Origin: Octopus sinensis
Taxonomy: Eukaryota
Reading direction: 5' to 3'
Assembly (NCBI RefSeq): GCF_006345805.1
Contig: NW_021826091.1
Span: 1-13,719 of the forward strand
DNA length: 13,719 bases
The notes under the pieces are model-generated. The model had not been told where the DNA came from, made no database searches, and saw only the letters and a list, made by a program, of their open reading frames with translations. Below are positions 8,278-13,719 of this stretch, one piece after another (within the stretch, counting starts at the first letter, position 1; each line of letters begins with the position of its first letter). A program made the position numbers and the translations under genes.

Positions 8278-8850
8278 GTGTGTGTGTCTTTGTCCTACAC
8301 TCCACCATTGCTTGACAACTGATGTTGGGGTGTTTACGTCCCTGTAATCTAGTAGTTCAGCAAAAGAGATTGATAGAAAAAGTACCAGGCTTACAAAGAA
8401 TAAGTCCTGGAGTCGATTTCTTCGACTAAAAGCCAGTGCACCATCATGGCTGCAGTCAAATGACAAATGAATAAAAGAAAAAAATTGTTTGCTGATGGAT
8501 GCTTATATTTGCCAACCAATGAAAAAAAAATTGTCATTTGCACAGTGTACAGTGAGATCTGGAACAAATATTTGCATATTTTTTCTTAACAGGTCTAAGC
8601 AGGTTCAGACCCAAAATATACTGGTTGCTGCAGAGAATTAAGCTCTTCTTTTTATGATGACAGTGTGTTCAACATACTTTACACATTGACACACAGTATT
8701 CTGGGACACTAGTGTTTCAATATATTGTCTCTTGTCATCCAAAAGCAGCTGGAACTTTGAGCCTAAACAAAGTTTGCTAGCTTTGTTTACACTTTCAGGG
8801 TATCTGTAAGCTGAGGAATATCTGTACATATTTTGTCAATCTTGTAAAGC
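7770..8850 (+). repeat. Diverged ~310-bp tandem duplication, with copy 1 interrupted by a SINE
   Basis: 7792-7826 vs 8546-8580 match 30/35; 7944-7972 vs 8692-8720 match 26/29. The blocks tctaag.aggtt.aga..caaaatat, caaaagcagc and agcctaaacaaag are also shared. The offset of ~750 minus the ~440-bp SINE gives a unit of ~310 bp. Confidence 0.8.
8041..8480 (+). mobile_element. tRNA-derived SINE with an internal (TA)n/(TG)n microsatellite
   Basis: tRNA-like head gtgtggtaagaagcttgc...GGTTCAGTCCC (B-box-like), then ctcgggctagtgtcttc, a microsatellite (about 8195-8287), a 3' part agtaccaggcttacaaagaataagtcctggagtcgat...gcagtcaaatgac and an A-rich tail. It matches a common Octopus SINE from memory. 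Confidence 0.85.
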
Positions 8851-9596
8851 TGAGCAAACAGAATACAAACCTCAACTTGTAAAATACTGAATAGCTTGCA
8901 CCATTGAAAGCACCTCTCAACCAATGAGTTTTCACTTTGCTCTATAATTAATATATTAGATGTAAGTAAACCTTATTTTTACTTAGCATGATCTTCTGTT
9001 AGGTATGTTGTAAGCATTAAGACTGCTAACAAATAAAAAGCACTAATATGATTTGTAAAAGCTGAGGAAATTATGTAACCTATGAAGAAGTTTTTATAGT
9101 GACGTACAAGAAAAGTAGTTAAAAATATACAGGGTTCATGTAATAAGAGCAGAACTAATAACCAGGCCTGAAATATATGTTTCATTAATTTAGAGACAGA
9201 AATCAATAAGATAAGTATAAAATAACTGATGCAAAATATCTGAAAGTTTTTTAGATGGCAGAAAAGCTAAGATAACAATAAAAAAGCAAATGTTGATGGA
9301 AGATAGTTCCACCAATAAAAGGTTAAAAATAAAAGGCAGGTGGTTAAAAAAAAAAAAAGCTCTGCGAGAAAGAAAGGTAAAATAACACAAAATAAAGTCA
9401 GCGCAAATCAAATTAAGGAAAATTACTGAAAGAGACATAATAAAAAAAGTGCCCTGAAGGTGAGTTGTTGGTGACCAAGCTTTTTTTGAAACAGTAGTAA
9501 AACATCCTTATTAATAATCAGCCAAGTCATTTCACATAACTGAGAATCAAATACATTAGAAAATAATCTAAAACAAAAATGTGTGGATGATACATG

Positions 9597-9632
9597 CGCA
9601 CGCACGCACGCACACACACACACACACACACA
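9597..9632. repeat. (CACG)n(CA)n microsatellite
   Basis: Read directly from the sequence. Confidence 0.9.
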
Positions 9633-10189
9633 GTGGGAAGGGGAAGAAGGAAAGGCTTCTTCTAGGATATTTTACTTTCTGTTATATCATTTATATAACT
9701 ACTATCTAAGATTCACTATATTTCAGAGGAGGATTCAAACTTATTGAGGTGGTTGGCATTTCTCTTACACTTCCTGAACATCAGTAAAATTTTAGATACT
9801 CATTTTTTTTAGGTTACCATTTTGCTTTTACTGTGGTATAACATATTTTTTTCTAAGAAACAAACCAATTTCGTGTATTACAGTGTATTACTGGCACTTT
9901 GTTAATCTTAGATTAAAGTTGACTTTAGTTGAAGAATAAAGTAGGAATCATAGAATGAAATAAAACTGCTTTTAGTTCACTTTCCAAGTTACTCAAGGAT
10001 TTTTAATGCTCTTTATTAGGAAGTCATTGACATTTTCAACATTTTTTACATCCTCTTATTGAACTATTTAGCATTATTAGTTTTAATAGTAATAAATATT
10101 GGGATTGAAATATTTCAAATATTTTAACTAAGTTGTTTCAAAATTAATATTTAATTAAATGGTACATATCAGTCTCATTAAAGAATTTG

Positions 10190-10255
10190 AAAAAAAAAAA
10201 AAGAAAAGAAAAGAAAAAAAAATAGATTTCTCATCTCTCTCTCTCTCTCTCACAC

Positions 10256-10303
<48 letters not shown>
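10190..10303. repeat. Compound A/(AAAAG)n, (CT)n, (CA)n, (AT)n microsatellite
   Basis: Read directly from the sequence. Confidence 0.9.
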
Positions 10304-10304
<1 letters not shown>

Positions 10305-10591
10305 CAAACATCTGTAAATGCATCTTTTTGAATCGCTTTCTCCACTTTCCTAACTCAGCTTTACCCAAATAAATATTGACAAAAATTTAGTGAAAAATTC
10401 TAGTTGATCATACTGTAACCTAATATGAATTTAGCAATATAAGAATGAAATGAATGTATAAATTGACTTGTGTTCAATATTTGGCATAGCTGCATTGGCA
10501 TTTAAATGACATGAATTAAAGATGAAGGGCAAATTATCTGTATAAAGCAAGCTTGTTTTGAAACTGGGTAGCAAAGCTGCCCATCACTTAC

Positions 10592-10611
10592 CATTTATTT
10601 GGGAAAAAATA
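10592..10611 (-). CDS. Candidate 20-nt micro-exon
   Basis: Minus strand: ttcttttccttttcgtag|TATTTTTTCCCAAATAAATG|gtaagtg. Both splice signals are near consensus and two frames are open (YFFPNK / IFSQIN). No partner exons are established. Confidence 0.25.
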
Positions 10612-10985
10612 CTACGAAAAGGAAAAGAACATTTATAATCATATGATATCTCAAGAAGGAATGTAATGAAATTGAGAAATTTATGACAACTAATTCCACA
10701 CACAATAAAGAAAATATTTCTGCTCACCATTATTTGACATCTTCTACCATACATAATTATATATGAGAATTTATTAAGATTGAAATATGAAATTGCTTTA
10801 AGTGAAAAATCTAATGTCTTGGCGTCTTGTCCTTCACCTTACAGGAAGTGTTTTTGCTTCGGTCAGAAGCTAAATTCTTCACTTGCCACAGCAACTGCAC
10901 TTCCAGATCACAACTATGGACTAAATGTAATGTTGACAGATCACCAATTTCCTTAGATTCCAGATTTAGACATACATGATATTAA

Positions 10986-11112
10986 TTGGCATTAAGAAGG
11001 GTATTCAACCACATAAACCATTCCAAAGCAGATACTGGAGCACAATGCAGTCCTTGAACTTGTCACATCCTGTCAAATCATCCGAGCCATGCCAGCATCA
11101 AGCATGGGCATT
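10986..11112 (+). mobile_element. Decayed retroposon 3' tail fragment
   Basis: ttggcattaagaagggtattcaacc...ccaaagcagatactggagc...ctgtcaaatcatcc.agccatgccagcat resembles the 'ggcatcaggaagggcatccagc...ccatgccagcatgg' tail of SINE/LINE families. Recalled, not searched. Confidence 0.5.
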
Positions 11113-11119
11113 AAAAAAT

Positions 11120-11253
11120 ACTCCTTTCTACTACAAGCACAAGGCTTGAAGTTTTGGGTGAGAGGCTAGTTGATTACGTCAACTCCAATGCTCACTGGTA
11201 TTTATTTTATCAATCCCGACAGGATGAAAGGCAAAGTCTACCTCAGTAGAATA
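11120..11253 (-). mobile_element. SINE fragment in reverse orientation
   Basis: Minus strand reads ttctactgaggtagactttgcctttcatcctgtcgggattgataaaataaataccagtgagcattggagttgac...gccttgtgcttgtagtag, matching from memory the 'gtcgactttgcctttcatcctttcggggtcgataaa..aagtaccag' SINE body of Octopus. Confidence 0.7.
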
Positions 11254-11590
11254 TGGACATTAAAAAATAATTAGAATATAGCTCATCAGGAACAGCTTTA
11301 AAGTTAGACGACCTTTTTATAGAAATTCATAATCTGGTCTCATGATTTTATATTCTGACAAAATAACCATATGGCTTCATTAATTTAGATAACACTATTT
11401 CCTATTCCTCATATCAAAAACTAAATACCCCTCCATTTCCAAGATAACATACTAGATGGTCGTTTTTAACAAAATGCATACCTTATTTCTTTTCAAATTC
11501 ACTATCATTTTCATTAGTTGATATATTACAACATTCTTTCATGTGATCTGTGAATGTGGAAGTGAGAGATGGCACCGCACACACACACAA

Positions 11591-12889
11591 ATATGATGGC
11601 AGTCAACTCAATATGAAGTACGACTTTTGCTCGCTAATGAGCAGCAAATGGAGATGATTGTTTTGCCCAGATGATTTGCAGTTTTTACCATGGCTATTAT
11701 ACAGGCATGTGCCTTCAGCCCACCAATAGAAAAGCAAACAGAATGTTTTTTCAAGTTTGCTTCCATTCCTGCACCTGAGATAGACAAACCTAGCTACATG
11801 TTGAGCATTTGAAGGAATTATAATTTATTGCTTCCATTCTTGCACCTGAGATAGACAAACTTAGCTGCGTGTTGAACACTTGAAGGAATTATAATTTATA
11901 AGGTTTCCTTTTCTTGCATCTTGTTTTAATTTTGCATGTTTAATGCAATTTATCTTCAAAACATATTCAGTAAATTTTTCTCCATGATGTTCTGCCCAGT
12001 GTAGTAGTTTCTCAATTTCCCTTCTTCAAATCCAAAATATGGAAGTCCTTGTATCTTCAGTTTCTAAGGATATCTTTTCCTTGAACATAGTAGTCTATAA
12101 AGGAGACACTTTTGAAATTCTTCCATCTTCCATACAAATTAAATGACATGCTCACTTCAGTCTGCTATATTGCAAGAGAGCTTTAATGCTTACATTTGCT
12201 ATCTTCATATCATTCACATAGTCTCTACAAGTTATATGCAGAATTTGTTAAATACATTTTTACTGAAAATACTTCAATTGATTAGTATGTTTCAAACATA
12301 ATGCCTGTGTCTTATAGCCACACTACAAAAAAAAAATGTATGTTTGGAAGGTAGATATATTTTCATATCATTTAATATATATTATTAAATTCTGTCTATG
12401 ATGTTGTCCTCAACATTCACATACCAGACTCATATTCTGTCAAGATACTTGAAGCAAGATACAGTTTTCCAAGCTGTGCAATACATTATTGGATTAGGAT
12501 TCATACAACGGTTTCTAAAGCATGGCTGATACAAAAATAAGTTTTATTAAGGTTTATTGCTAGATTGAACATATTTCATGACAATGAAATTTTGTTCATC
12601 AGACTTTTCATTGTGCATGCCAACACACAATGGGTCACTTATTAGTGACAAAGAACTGAGTGATTTAGAATTAATCTATTTGAGGTTAAATAATTTACCA
12701 GTTGCACAGAAGCATATTTAAATGCCACATGGTCACTGGAATTGATTGAAAAAAAAAAAAATGAAATTTTATGGCAAATAGAGTAGGAGCAGTTATATCA
12801 CCCTGCTCTGTTATCACAACTGATTAAAAAAATAGCATTCTTCACTAATTACAATACATGCTTTCATTACCATCATTATAGGACCATAC
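11591..12889 (-). mobile_element. Decayed RTE-clade LINE, 3' part of the RT ORF and tail
   Basis: Minus-strand translation (stops and frameshifts throughout) gives collinear RTE motifs: DG.MKA (about 12870), EQGDITAPTLF (12808-12776), GKLFNL (12699-12682), LISDxLC (degenerate YADD region), FNLAINLNKT (12569-12541), FKYL (about 12450), SRLK*ACHLICMEDGRISK (RLRWAGH..RMEDGRIPK; about 12165-12110), KLRYKD-like, SWRK, KHAKLKQDARK and a C-terminal CSTC. The end gactgccatcat is at 11604-11593. Confidence 0.85.
11757..11898. repeat. 71-bp tandem duplication inside the RTE remnant
   Basis: 11757-11827 vs 11828-11898: 65/71 identical, and all six differences are transitions. Confidence 0.95.
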
Positions 12890-13303
12890 GATATGAGCAA
12901 AACGCCCCCCACCCCGTCCAATGGACAGTTGTCAAACATTTAAACCAAATTTTCTCAAAACAACTTATCTGACCATCCCATAGGCCTCCCCTTTGAGAAA
13001 CACTGATTTAACCTAAATTTGAGACAACAAATAGGCCGACATTTTTTGCGCAAACTGCACGTGCATTTTTCTTGCATATGCATAGTATCGATTGCAACAG
13101 CTGATGTACTTGTGTGCACAAATGCACGTTCCCACAGCTTTATCGATCGCATTTTCACCTGGAATCGATTTTTGTAATTTTTTCAAGACATACATGCCCT
13201 GATAACGTTGGTATCTACATATCAATTTTGAGTGCAATCGGATGGAGGATGCCCGAGATCCTAGAAGACACACACACAGACAGACAGAATGGATTTTATA
13301 TAA
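12890..13303 (-). mobile_element. Helitron-like non-autonomous insertion (~414 bp) with no canonical 3' end visible
   Basis: Its right end (aatcgga...agacacacacacagacagacagaa...ttttatata) parallels the 5' end of 2222-3364 (aatcggt...gacagacacacagacagacaaa...tttatata). It is CpG-rich and interrupts the RTE reading frame. No CTAG terminus at the left end. Confidence 0.6.
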
Positions 13304-13405
13304 TAAATTAGTGAATTTATCAGAAAAACCAACTACCTGAGAAATATATACCAATGATGTCAATGAAGTAGTGATAAAAGTCACTCAATGCATTTTCCTT
13401 GTTGA
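13304..13405 (-). mobile_element. Decayed RTE-clade LINE, upstream RT fragment
   Basis: Minus strand gives QGKCIE (QEKCxE), xFID and GFSDKFTNL (GCPDKF...), which in RTE elements directly precede the HDGMKA motif seen beyond the insertion. Confidence 0.75.
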
Positions 13406-13408
13406 TAG

Positions 13409-13482
13409 TGAGTGTGTGTGTGAGAGAGAGAGAGAAATGACATATACACTTTCACAAATACACACACACACACACACACACA
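13409..13482. repeat. (GT)n(GA)n and (CA)n microsatellites
   Basis: Read directly from the sequence. Confidence 0.9.
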
Positions 13483-13484
13483 AA

Positions 13485-13719
13485 GGCACATGGCTCAGTG
13501 GTTAGAACAGTGGGTTTACAATCATGAGGTTGTGAGTTTGATTCCCAGACCAGGCAGTCTTGTGTTCTTGAGCAAGACTTTATTTCATGTTGTTCCAGTT
13601 CATTCAGCTCTAGAAATGAGTTGTGATGTCACTGCTCCCTTCTCTGGTTGTCAATGCAGAAGACACGAGATAAAGTGGTGAGCAAAGATCTTTGGATGCT
13701 AGGCTTCATAGAGGAAATG
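13485..13719 (+). mobile_element. tRNA-derived SINE (may run past the window end)
   Basis: A box TGGCTCAGTGG (13491-13501), B-box-like GAGTTTGATTCCC (13534-13546), then the conserved-domain-like tgtgttcttgagcaagact. There is no intact cloverleaf, so it is not a tRNA gene. Confidence 0.8.

Noticed and set aside
9240-9460. Lys-rich degenerate frame with GRKAKIT, resembling a Tc1 transposase linker
   Set aside because: No DDE or HTH motifs and no TIRs; explained by A-rich composition.
10845-10930. Plus-strand candidate exon after cttcaccttacag
   Set aside because: Weak donor, two equally uninformative open frames, and it abuts a repeat fragment.
11757-11898. CRISPR-like or ncRNA-array reading of the 71-bp repeat
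   Set aside because: Two contiguous units with no spacers, inside a LINE in eukaryotic DNA.
12841-13315. 10-bp inverted match ttcactaatt / aattagtgaa as TIRs around the second insertion
   Set aside because: Both copies lie within RTE coding sequence (ISE and FTN codons) and are not at the insertion junctions.
13485-13560. tRNA gene
   Set aside because: A and B boxes are present, but there is no acceptor stem or cloverleaf and it runs into a SINE body.

Overview
AT-rich, CpG-depleted, microsatellite-rich eukaryotic DNA. The SINE families look like ones I recall from Octopus (coleoid cephalopod) genomes; this is an inference from memory, not a search. No long intact ORF is present, and most of the window is intron-like or intergenic sequence layered with transposons. 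Best-supported elements: (1) a complete 1,143-bp non-autonomous Helitron on the minus strand (2222-3364; 5'-TC, 3' hairpin plus CTAG, A^T target); (2) the ~200-bp-arm palindrome (about 2048-3581) into which that Helitron inserted, whose centre is a perfect 23-bp stem carrying two back-to-back, degenerate minimal-hammerhead-like motifs resembling those of Penelope-like elements; (3) a decayed RTE-clade LINE (minus, about 11591-13405) with recognisable RT motifs, split by a second Helitron-like insertion and carrying a 71-bp tandem duplication; (4) several tRNA-derived SINEs; (5) an old ~310-bp tandem duplication interrupted by a SINE. Short candidate exons suggest the 3' end of an unidentified plus-strand gene finishing near 4170, and possibly a convergent minus-strand gene. 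These gene calls are low confidence.
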